DNA from: Roseibacillus sp.
Lineage (GTDB): Bacteria > Verrucomicrobiota > Verrucomicrobiia > Verrucomicrobiales > Akkermansiaceae
Direction of reading: 5' to 3'
Assembly: GCA_965242925.1 (NCBI GenBank)
Contig: CBDEUM010000016.1
Coordinates: 1-20,679, forward strand
Length of the DNA stretch: 20,679 nt
Of this stretch, positions 9,604 through 19,717 are shown in pieces. The notes beneath the pieces were generated by a model. That model was not told where the DNA came from. It was given only the letters and a program-made list of their open reading frames with translations, and did no database searches. The stretch's first letter is position 1, and every line of letters starts with the position of its first letter. A program made the position numbers and the translations under genes.

Positions 9604-9630
9604 TGTCCAGTCTGGGACTGCAGACGGACA
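9604..9630. other. Intergenic stem-loop
   Basis: TGTCC-a-GTCTG ggactg CAGAC-GGACA is a 10 bp stem with one bulge and a 6 nt loop, ~30 nt past the restored stop at 9659. No adjacent U-tract. Confidence 0.4.
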
Positions 9631-9658
9631 CCAGTGATGTTTTCGCGCAGTCCATCGC

Positions 9659-12600
9659 TTACTCTACAACCAGACACGCCCTTCATCACTCGCCAGTGTC
9701 CCGGGAAGGTGCACAGGAACGGGTAGCGACCCGGTTGCTCCGGAGCGATGAACTCTTTTTCCACCTGCCCCTTGCCATTCACCAGGGGGGTCGCCCAGAT
9801 CACCTGGTCGGAATCCGGAACGAACGCCTTCTTCATCGCATCGGCATCCTGCGCCATCTGGTCCGCGAGCTGTCCCACCTCCTCTTCCGCCCCCGGCCTG
9901 ACGATCACCAGGTTGTGAATCTGGAGATCCGGATTCTGGAAAGAGATCTGCACTTTACTCCCCGCCTTGAGGCGAAACTCCCTGGGGAAAAATGCGAGTT
10001 GGTTCGGGACCGCGCTGATCCTGATGACTGAATCGTTCAGTCCGTGGTGCCGGTCATGCTCAGTCGCCATCGTCCGGAGCTCCGCCTCCGTCCCCGCCGT
10101 GATGAGTCCTTCCAACCGGGCCCCGAGGGGATCATACAGATAGACGGGCGCATATCCCCGCGCTCCCCGTCCCTTGACGTAGCGGGCCTCGACCTGGTTG
10201 ATTCCCTCCTGCAGTTCGACCTGGACGTTCCAGTCGGAACTCCACCAGTTGGCCGAGGAGATGACTGGGGTTCCGTTCAGGAACACCTTCACATAACTGT
10301 GCCTGATCGAGAGCACCGCCTTTCTCTTTTCCGGAGAGCGCACAAAGGTGCGCATGGTTCCGAAGGATCCTGCCTTGCCCCCAAAGGTAAAGAAACGCTC
10401 CTCCTTCCCGTCCTCCTTGAGGAGCCAATGCGGTAGTTTTCCTTCTTCAGGCTTCTGCAGGACAGGAATCTCAGGCCCCATGCCCGAACTCACACCGTAA
10501 CTGGCATCACCGAGAATGGTCTGGAGGTCCTTGTTGCCGGAAACATCAATCTGACCAAGGAGTGCGGCATAGGACTGGTCTCCCTGCTGCAGGTGAGACA
10601 CGACATGAATCACCTCCGTGCGCACCCGCGGATGGGGATCCCGGGTCATCTTCCGCAGCAACGCAAGGGGGGACTTCAACTGGGTTGCCTGGAACCGCAC
10701 CAGGTGGGTTGCCGCCGCCCGGATCCGGTGATCGGGAGACTTCATCAGCTTCTCCAGCAGGCTTTGCCGGACCTCCCCCTGGTCGTGCAGGATCCAGAGC
10801 CCTTCCAGGATCGCCTCATCCTTCTCCTGTCCTTGCAACCACGAGTCCAGGGCCTTCACCACTCCCGGGGTATGGCGCAGTTTCCGCCTCGCATGGTCCC
10901 GGACGAGGTCCTGCGGATGCTTGAGCAGGGCAAGGAGTTCCCCCGTATTCGCACCCTCGATCCGTGGCCAGTCCCTCACAACAGGCTTCTTCTTGTAGGT
11001 CACCCGCCAGATCCGTCCCGTGTGGGGATCCCACCGGGGATCCCGCATCGAGTTCTGGGCATGCCCGATGATCCGGGTGCAGAAATCCGAAACATACATC
11101 GCCCCGTCAAAGCCGAAGGCAATATCCACGGGGCGGAACAACTGGCTGGGCGAGGAGAGGACATCAAGGCGTCCACTGGCCTTGTAGTAGGCCCCCTCGG
11201 CCTCGTGCCTTGAAATGGAAACGAAGCACTTCCTCAATAGACACCGCCGAGGCCATCCCCTGCTGGTACTCCTCGGGGAAATTCGGACTGGAAATCACAC
11301 AGGCGGCAGACCCCTTGCCGTAGGCGATGGTGATGGCCCGCCGGAACGGGATGATACACCCCGAAGGGAGTCCAGGGAATGGCATGGCTATCCTGCACGA
11401 ACCCGTCGCCGTACATCTGGAAAAGATTCCCCCAGCGATCCCAGGTGATCTTCCATGGATTGGGCGTCAGGGTCTGGTATTCCCGCTCGACGGTCCCTCT
11501 TCGCAAATCCAGCCGGTAGGTGGTGGCATCGACACCCCGGGTCACCCCGTGCGGGGTTTCCAGCTGGGAACGATGAAAGACCCCGTCACAGAACATCACG
11601 TGCCCCATCGGCCCCATCGCGATCATCCCCCCGTGATGAGCGTCGGTGACATCGATCCCACGCAGGATCTCCTCCTTCACATCCGCTTTCCCATCGCCGT
11701 TGCTATCCTTCATGAAGACCAGCCGCGGTTGATGGGAAATGATGACCCCGTCCTCATGAAACGCCAGGCCGTCGGGAACGGTCAAGTGATCGGCAAACAC
11801 CGTGGACTTGTCCGCCCGGCCATCACGATCCGTGTCCTCCAGGATGATGACTTTATCATGAGGGACATCTCCCGGAATGGTGCCCTGGGAAGGACGGCAT
11901 GGTGACCACCCAGAGACGTCCCCTGGGAATCAAAGGCAATCTGCTCGGGGTTCCGCAGTTCGGGAAATTGCTGCTCAGAGGCGAACAGGTTGACCTCGTA
12001 ACCCTCCGCTACCCGGAAGGACTTGAGCATCTCTTCCGGTGAGGGCAATTTCGCGGGGTCTCTCTTGACGAGGGGAGGAAGGGTGAGGGGTTCAGGATCA
12101 AATACGATTGCGGCATCCTGCAGCATGGCATGAATGCGGGCATCAGAACGGGCAATCAATTCATGGTAGCGGGGAATCTCGGCATTGTATTCGTGGGCGC
12201 GTCCCCGCACCCCGAAATACAGGACCGTGTTCACAGGGCGCACCACGGTGGCCACATGGCCCGCCTTGCGCCTGACCGCCCTGGCCACCATCCCGGCCCG
12301 CGTCTGGTCCACCCGGGCGTGGACTTCCGCCCCAAGAAGCTCCCGGGCCAGATGGCTGGCGATGATCCCGTATCCGAGCCTCATTGAGATGGATGCCATT
12401 GGATGTAAGCGGGATTTCCTGATCGGCATACGCGGCCAGGCTTGGGGCAAACAGGTCCACGAACCGGACCTCCTGGCTCGCGGCGACCTCACGCATGACC
12501 TCCACGTAGGACCGGATCTCCGTATTCCTTTTCTCCGTACCTCAGGATAATGAGGATGCTTCAGGTCCTCGGTTGCGATCGGTGAAAGGACCACAATTTC

Positions 12601-12999
12601 CGCCCCGGGATGGCGGCGCTCCATTTCCCGGAGATAGCCATCCAGGTCAGAGCGGAATGCCCCGATCCCCTCCGGGCCGGCAAAGGACTCATTGATTCCG
12701 AAACCAAGGACCACAACCTTGGCCGGCCACCTGGTGAGGAGTTTATTCAGGTGGTTGACGTAACGCTCCGGTCGCAGGCGGTAACCCACTTCGTCCCCGG
12801 TCCACGCAAGACTGCGGAACTCAAGATTCTTCCCCGGATGTGCCAGTTGCAGGCTGGCCTCAAACAGACCATGGGCCTGCAGGCGCTCAATGAAGGAATT
12901 CCCATACAGCAGAACCCTGTCCCCTTTCCCGAAACTCAGTTCGCCCCGGGCAACCTGACTGAGGAAACCGAGCAGAAGGATATAGATGATTTTATACAT
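9659..12999 (-). CDS. Multidomain PVC-type membrane-bound-dehydrogenase-like protein: SGNH/GDSL domain + beta-propeller + HEAT repeats + beta-sandwich + plastocyanin/azurin-family copper domain (split by ~7 frameshifts)
   Basis: Stitched from ORFs 11782-12999, 12161-12505, 11234-11800, 11164-11385 and 9594-11237. It has a signal peptide, GDRVLLYGNSFIER/GINES/NGIHLNE (SGNH), SPEEMLKSFRVAEGYEVNLFASE and FDSQGRLWV, LEDTDRDGRADK, DSNGDGKAD, FRPVDIAFGFDGAMYVSDF, GRIWRV, HEAT repeats (SPDHRIRAAA, DPHPRVRTEVI) and a cupredoxin with HN...CTFPGHWRVM. Removing one T near 9674 gives MKGVLVVE-stop at 9659. ~1110 aa. Confidence 0.88.
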
Positions 13000-13008
13000 T
13001 GGATCTTC

Positions 13009-14473
13009 TCAACCAAGGATCTCCTTTACGACCTTGCCGTGCACATCAGTGAGCCGGTAATCGCGCCCCTGGAACTTGAAGGTGAGCTTTTCGTGATCAA
13101 CACCCAGCAGGTGCATGAGGGTGGCGTTCAAGTCGTGCACGTGAACTGGGTCCTTGGCCACATTGTAACAGTAGTCGTCAGTCGCCCCGTGCACGTGACC
13201 GTTCTTCACCCCGGCCCCGGCCAGCATCTGCGTGAAACACCGCGGATGGTGATCGCGCCCGGCCTTGTTCCCCGGCTTCTGCGCGTAAATCGTACGGCCG
13301 AATTCCCCGCCCCAGACAACCAGGGTATCCTTCAACAGGCCCCGCTGCTTGAGATCCGTGATCAACCCGGCCACCGGTTGCTCGGTATCCCGGCACTGAC
13401 GGGGCAACGCCTCGGTGAGTTTCTCGTGCTGGTCCCAGCCCATGTGAAAGAGCTGGATGAAAGCGCACGTCCCGCTCAGCCAGGCGCCGGGCCACCAGGC
13501 AATTCCGGGCAAAGGTTCCCTGCTTGCCGACATTCGGCCCATAGAGCTTCAAGACGTGCTCCGGCTCCTTTGAAATGTCAGCCAGTTCAGGCACGCTGGC
13601 CTGCATCCGGAAGGCCATCTCATACTGCGCGATACGGGACTCGATGGCAGGATCACCCACCACCGCGTGACGCTTGCGGTTGAGGGCCCCCACATCGTCC
13701 AGGATGTCGCGCCTGGTATCACGATCGATCCCGGGAGGATTATGGAGGTAGTAAACCGGATCCCCGGTGTTGCGCAACTTCACCCCCGAGTGCTCGGCTG
13801 GCAGGAACCCGGAATCCCAGAGCCGGCTGTAGAGCGGCTGCGCTCCCCCGGCCGTCGCGCGGGACGTCAGCACAATATAGGCCGGGAGGTCCCTGTTCAG
13901 CGCACCGAGCCCATACGATACCCACGACCCGATGCTCGGTCGACCCGCCAGCTGGAACCCGGTCTGGAAAAAGGTGATGGCAGGATCATGATTGATCGCC
14001 TCGGTTTCCATGGATCGGATGAGGCACAAGTCATCGGCAGCCTCTCCCCAGTGGGGGAGCAATTCGCTGAGTTCCATTCCGCATTGCCCGTGCTTCTCAA
14101 ACTTGTAGGGACTGGGCAGCACCGGCAGGGTCTTTTGCACGGAGGTCATGGTGGTGATCCGTTGGTCCCCGCGCACCGACTCCGGCAATTCCTTCCCCCG
14201 CTCCTTTTCCAGTCCGGGCTTGGGATCAAAGAGATCCATCTGGGAAGGTCCGCCTGACATGAAGAGATAGATCACCCGCCTGACCTTGGCGTTCTCCGGC
14301 ACCACCGTGGCCGCCTCTCCCTCCTCGTCGAACAGGAGGGACCCGAGGGCCAGGGCCCCGAACCCATGCGCGGAGGTCTCCAGGAAGGAACGCCGCCCCA
14401 GGAGCAGGGGATCGCCGGTGAGTGTCGTTCCTGCGGGACCAAAGCCCTCCGTATGTTCGTTGCTCCCCTTCAT
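13009..14473 (-). CDS. DUF1501 domain protein (Tat signal), one frameshift near 13461
   Basis: ORFs 13178-14473 and 13009-13542 join as ...[17 protein letters not shown] on removal of one T. Motifs [32 protein letters not shown] and GRDHHP. ATGA overlap with the upstream stop at 14470-14473. Confidence 0.92.
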
Positions 14474-16738
14474 TTGTTAATCACTTCATCGAGGTTCAGG
14501 ATCACGTTTGCCACCGTGGTCAGGGCCGCCATCTCCGGCTTGGGAAGATAGCCAGGCACCTTGGATTCTCCCTGCCCGAGGAGATCCTCCGCCGCCTTGC
14601 CGTTCTTCCGATAGTGCTCCACCCGCCTCTCGTACCCCTTGACCAGGATGTCCAACTCCTCCCCATCAGCCACCCGGGAAGTCGCACAGCGAAATCCCCA
14701 TGCGATCCGTTCCGTCGGGGTCCCACCCTTCGTCATCATCCGCTCCGCAAATTTCTTGGCCGCCTCCACATAGGTCACCTCATTCATGAGGGCCAGGGCC
14801 TGCAGGGGCGTATTGGTCAAGGTCCTCTTCACGGTGCACATCTCCCGGCTCGGCATGTCAAAGAGGAGCATGCTCGGCGGTGCCACCGTGCGGCGAATGC
14901 GGGAATAGAGACTGCGCCGGTAGAGTTTCTCACCGTGATCCTGCACGAAGGTCCCCCGTTTCTCCACCTCCAGCCAGAGCCCCGCTGGCTGATAGACCCA
15001 CCAGCTCGGACCACCAAGGCGCTCCACCAGCAACCCCGAGAGAAAGAGGGCCTGGTCACGTAACATCTCCGCCTGCAGGCGGGTCCGGGGCCCCCGGCTG
15101 AGCAGCCGATTCTCCGGATCGCGACGCAACCTCTCTTCATCGACCACCGCGCTCTGCCGGTAGGTCCTGCTCATCACCATCAACTTGAGGAGCCCCTTGA
15201 CGTCCCAACCCGATTCCACAAAATCCACCGCCAGCCAGTCGAGGAGCTCCGGATGACTCGGCCAGTCGCTCTGCCGTCCCAGGTTTTCCGAGCTCTTGAC
15301 GATCCCCGTTCCAAAGAACTGCTCCCAGATCCGGTTCACGAAAACACGGGCTGTCAGGGAATGCTCCCCATCCACCATCCACTGGGCCAGGTCGAGACGA
15401 GTCAGGTTATCACCTTCTGGAGTGGGAGAGAACGCCTGGGGAAGTCCCGGCAAGACCTCCTCTCCCTTGGAATCATACTGCCCCCGCTTCAGCACAAAGG
15501 CCTTTCGGTCCACTTCATCCCGCATGACCATGACGTGTGGGTGCCTGGCCTCCAGTTCCTTGCCCTTCCCTCCCCGTGCCTTCGCATCCGGGATCTCCGT
15601 TTCGAGCTTCTTCACCGCCGCCTCAAACTCGCTCTGCCGGTAGCGATGGCGGGGCTCGGCGCTTCCCCGCAGGTTGTTGATAAAGCCCTTCTCATTCGGT
15701 CCATCGAACATGGCGAAGAGCTGATAGAACTCCTTCTGGCTGATGGGATCATACTTGTGATCGTGACAGCGCGCGCAACTCAGCGTGAGTCCGAGAAAGA
15801 CCGAACCCATCGTCTCCACCCGGTCCATCACGTATTCCGTGCGCCACTCTTCCTCGATGGCCCCACCCTCGGTCTGGATCCGGTGATTCCGGTTGAAGCC
15901 GGTGGCCACGATCTGGTCATCACTGGCATCTGGCAGGAGATCACCCGCTAGTTGCCAGGTCACAAACTGATCGTAGGGCTGGTTTGAATTGAAGGACTCA
16001 ATGACCCAGTTCCGCCACGGCCACTGGGCATTCTCGAGGTCATTGTCATACCCATGGCTGTCCCCGTAGCGCGCCCCGTCCAGCCACCACGCAGCCATGC
16101 GCTCCCCGTAGCGGGGGGAAGCCAGCAGGCGATCCACGACCTTTCCATAGCCCTCCTCCGACTCGTCTGAGAGAAAAGTCTCCACCGCTTCGATGGTAGG
16201 GGGCAATCCGGTGAGATCGATTGAGACTCGTCGGATGAGCTCCTCCTTCGTCGCTTCCTGCTGCGGTTCGAAACCGGCCTTGGAAAACTCCTGATGAACA
16301 AAGGAATCGATGGCATTTGCTCCCCAGCCACCCGGGTCCGGCACCTCACTCTTCACCGGGGTCTGGAAAGCCCAGTGCCGTTCATACCTGGCCCCCTCCC
16401 TGATCCACTGCTTGAGCAGTTCCTTCTCGCTCTCGGTGAGAGCCTTGCCCTCCCCGGGGGGCGGCATCACTTCCTCCTCGTCTTTCGAGAAGATCCGCCG
16501 GATCAGTTCACTCTCTTCGGGGTTCCCCGCCACAATGGCCCTGACTCCCATCGCGCTCCGCATGGGCCACCTCCCGGTCATCGAGGCGCAACTTGGCCTT
16601 CCGCTTGGCGGCATCCGTTCCATGACAGGCCAGGCATTTGCTGGCCAGGAGGGGCAGGACCTCCCTGTTATAGCTCACCTCGGCCTGAACGGTCGGCAAA
16701 CCGCCAAGGAGCAGGAGCAGGAAGGGCTTCAGGCTCAT
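14470..16738 (-). CDS. PSD1 and planctomycete cytochrome c domain protein (PSCyt1 + DUF1549 + DUF1553), one frameshift near 16547
   Basis: ORF 16508-16738 gives MSLKPFLLLLLGGLPTVQA|EVSYNREVLPLLASKCLACHG. Removing one G joins it to GVRAIVAGNPEESEL of ORF 14470-16623, which has YGERMAAWWLDGARYGDSHG, CARCHDHKYDP, PSHPELLDWLA and TNTPLQALALMN. ~755 aa. Confidence 0.92.
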
Positions 16739-16867
16739 CGACTCGGAATTAATTCAGGACCACCGCGCGATGGCAATGAGGAGATCATCATCCGATCATG
16801 GCCGGGAGGAAAGCCGGAAGGGACCGATTGAGATTGCCGGGGCCTTTTTGCCTCCCTAATCGTGGGT

Positions 16868-18203
16868 ATGCTCCTCATGCGGAACCTGCCCCTGGCTGCC
16901 ACCATCCTCCTTGGTTGCTCGTGGGCCCCTGCAACCGGAGCCAAGCCCGCCTTTACCACCAGTGAGGACCAGGACGGACCGGTCTACCATATCGATTTCG
17001 AACAGGTCCGCTCCCCCCGCGACCTGACCGCCATCCCGGGCATCAAGGCGGCCTGGTATCAGCACGGTGCCCAACTCAACGGCTGGCTCGCCAATGCCGG
17101 GGACGTGGATGGTGACGGCACCGTGGAGCTCTTCCTCTGTGCCGCCCGGGATGATACCCGCCGCATTGTTCGCTACAACCAGGACGGATCTCGGGCCTGG
17201 GAGAGCGTTCCGATCGGCGATCCCCTCGGGGGCGAAAGCGGTCTCGCGATCGTGGATCTCGAGGCCGACGGCTCCTTCGAGCTCGTCTTCAATCTCAGCC
17301 GCGAACTCTGGTGCCTTGATGCCCGGACCGGCAAAACCAGGTGGAAGACTCCCCCTCCCGCGCTCCCACGACAACTACCAGGTCTCCGTGGTGGGGCACT
17401 TCCTCGATCGCAAACAACAGGCCGTGGTCTGCCGGGTCGGGGCCGAGGTCAGCTGCTATGACGCGAAAGGCCAGAAGAAGTGGAATTACCGGATCCAGCA
17501 CCGGAATCTCTACGGCCACGAAATGACCCACTATGACGCCGACCGGGACGGCCTCGACGAAGTCTACATCTCCCTCAACGGAAAATTCATCGTCCTCAAC
17601 GGGGACGGAACCCTGCGCTGGTCCGACGACACCGTGCGTAACCACACCGACTTCATCCTCTGCGGGGATGTCGATGGGGACGGGGAACTGGAGATCGTCT
17701 ACGACCGCAACGGCTGCGACGCCCTCAAGGGACCGATCGCCTGCGTGGATGGAAGCACCGGCAAACCGGAGAAACTGTGGAAGTATCGCCGCCCCGGGGT
17801 CGACCACCTCCAGCGCGCCACCCTCGGCGACTTTGATCCCTCCCGCCCCGGACTCGAGCTCGTCGCGGTCGGCAAGCGCCAGATCCGGGGAGGACTGGTC
17901 CTCTGGAGCGCGGAAGAGGACCACCTCTGGCACAAGGACATTCCCGCCGGCTGGGTCACCTGGGGCGACTGGAACGGGGACCGGAACCCGGAAATCCTCC
18001 TCAGCGGGGGCATCGGGGGACAGAACGGTTTCGAGGTCTGGACCGGCTCCGGGAAGCGCCTCTACGCCCTCGCCGGCACCGGGGCCACCCCCATGGGAGT
18101 GGAATCCGCCGGCCCCCTGCGCCCCGATCTCGATGGCAACGGCAAGGCCGACCTCCTCCTCTGGACCCGGCGCGGTTACATGCTCCTCCTGGAAGCCCCC
18201 TGA
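16868..18203 (+). CDS. Secreted DxDxDG-repeat (FG-GAP/VCBS-like, rhamnogalacturonan lyase PL11-like) beta-propeller protein, one frameshift near 17350
   Basis: ORFs 16862-17461 and 17067-18203 join as RWKTPLPRSHDNYQ on removal of one C. N-terminal leader (start 16868 or 16877). Seven Ca-binding-type motifs: GDVDGDG, VDLEADG, YDADRDG, GDVDGDG, GDFDPSRPGLE, GDWNGDR and PDLDGNG. Confidence 0.8.
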
Positions 18204-18207
18204 ACAG

Positions 18208-19579
18208 ATGCAGACCCCTCGACACTCCCAGCCCAGCATGCGCAGCAGCCCCTTCCTGCGCGTTCTCACCCTGTGCTCCCTCTACGTCTCGCAGGGACTC
18301 CCCCAGGGCTTCATCCACTACGCCCTGAAAAACCATCTCGCCGACCAGGGCTTCACCACCGCCGACATCGGAAACGTGATCGCCATGATCAGCCTTCCCT
18401 GGGCCGTCAAGTTCCTCTGGGGACCGGTCGTCGACCGCTTCGGGATCGCCTCCATGGGCAAGCGCCGCCCCTGGATCATTGGGGCCCAGGCCATGACCGT
18501 GGTGGTGCTGCTCATCCTCGCCACCGTGCCGGGTCTCGACTCCAACCTGCGCCTTCTCGGCCTCGGCATCCTCAGCGTGAACATCTGGACCTCCCTGCAG
18601 GATGTCTGCACCGACAGCCTCGCAGTCGACCTCGTGCCGGAAAAGCAACGCGGCATCCTCAATGGCTTCATGTACGGCTGTTCCTACCTCGGGAGTTTCC
18701 TGGGCGGCACCCTCATCGGCCACTTCCTCTTCATGGAGGGCGGGAGTGTGCAACTGGCCCTCGTCGTCCTCAGTGGCTGCGTCTTTGTCATCATGCTCCT
18801 TCCGCTCTTCATCCGGGAGCGGTCCGGCGAAAAACTCCTCCCCTGGACCGCGGGCTCCTCCCAACTCAAGGAAGACGAGCAGCATGCCCGCTCGGCAGCT
18901 CTCCTCTTCCGCCAGATCAAGCAAGGCCTTCAGTCGTCCGGTCGCCCTGACCGCCGCCCTGCTCGCCGTGGGAGCCCACATCGGAAATTCCGCCCTCAAT
19001 ATCATCGCTTCCAAACACTTCATCACCGAGGTGGGATGGGACAAGAAGGCCTACACTCTTCTCGAGAGCTCCGCGACTTTCTTCTCCCTGGGGGGAGCCT
19101 TCATGGGTGGATTCGTCGCCAGTCTGTTGGGAGCCAAGCGCTCTGTCGTGCTCGCCGGGAGCCTGATTGCCCTGGTCTGGATCACCTTCAGCCGGTTGGA
19201 GCCCTTCTGGACGGAGGAGTGGCTAATCAAAGCCAACATGTGGGTGCTGGCAACCCTGCTGGGGCTCTTCAGCGTCTCCCTCTTCACCCTCTTCATGAAT
19301 GTTTCCGACCGCCGGGTAGCCGCCTCCCAGTTCACCGCTTACATGGCATTGATGAACCTCTCCATGTTCACCGGCAACAAGCTCGCGGGACCCCTCGAGG
19401 CCACTGTTCCCTCCGTCCCGGCAGCCTACCTCACCGCCGGGATCTTCCACCTCGGCGTGATGGCCTTCGTCATCCTGGCCATCAAACCACCGCAGAATCC
19501 CCCTGAACTCCCGGGGTTGGAAATGTCCTTCGCAGATCAGTGGCGAGAAGAACTAAAGAAAGAAGGTGAGCAGAAGTAA
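18208..19579 (+). CDS. MFS transporter, AmpG-like (PAT family), one frameshift near 18919
   Basis: LYVSQGLPQGF, LPWAVKFLWGPVVDRF, GKRRPWI and SLQDVCTDSLA in the first half, AASQFTAYMALMN in the second. Removing one A joins the halves (RQISKAFSRP). About 12 hydrophobic segments. Start at 18208 or 18238. Confidence 0.88.
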
Positions 19580-19607
19580 CCGGATATGCCCTTCCTCAAC
19601 CGGAGGA

Positions 19608-19631
19608 TCCTAGTTCTCCCGGAGAACAGGA
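19608..19631. repeat. Intergenic inverted repeat
   Basis: TCCT-a-GTTCTCC-c-GGAGAAC-AGGA has a perfect 7-1-7 palindromic core at 19613-19627, between the MFS stop and the next gene. Confidence 0.5.
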
Positions 19632-19717
19632 ACGGTAACCTTCCCCGAATGAGAACCGCTCCGGGTCGCTGCATCCTTGACCCGTGTTCAGGGAAGGGCG
19701 ATGTTCAGACTACCCCA

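Noticed and set aside
9594..9675. C-terminal tail SGCRVSDG...GQEA on the cupredoxin and its overlap with ORF 8894-9655
   Set aside because: Removing one T restores the typical MKGVLVVE-stop ending and leaves a normal intergenic gap.
8930..18925. Programmed frameshifting, phase variation or mass pseudogenisation
   Set aside because: No long homopolymers or consistent slippery sites, no nonsense codons seen, and a strong +1 bias that fits sequencing error better. Not fully excluded without reads.
17533..19506. 657 aa ORF resembling a Ser/Thr-rich stalk fused to a transporter
   Set aside because: A chimera. It consists of an off-frame reading of the propeller gene, the true first half of the MFS gene, and an off-frame tail after the indel near 18919.
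18208..19579. Assigning the symbol ampG
   Set aside because: Family motifs are present, but nothing shows orthology to the muropeptide permease and no peptidoglycan recycling genes are adjacent.
19613..19627. Verrucomicrobial LexA box
   Set aside because: The described motif is TGTTC-N4-GAACA. This site has a 7 nt spacer and no SOS genes nearby.
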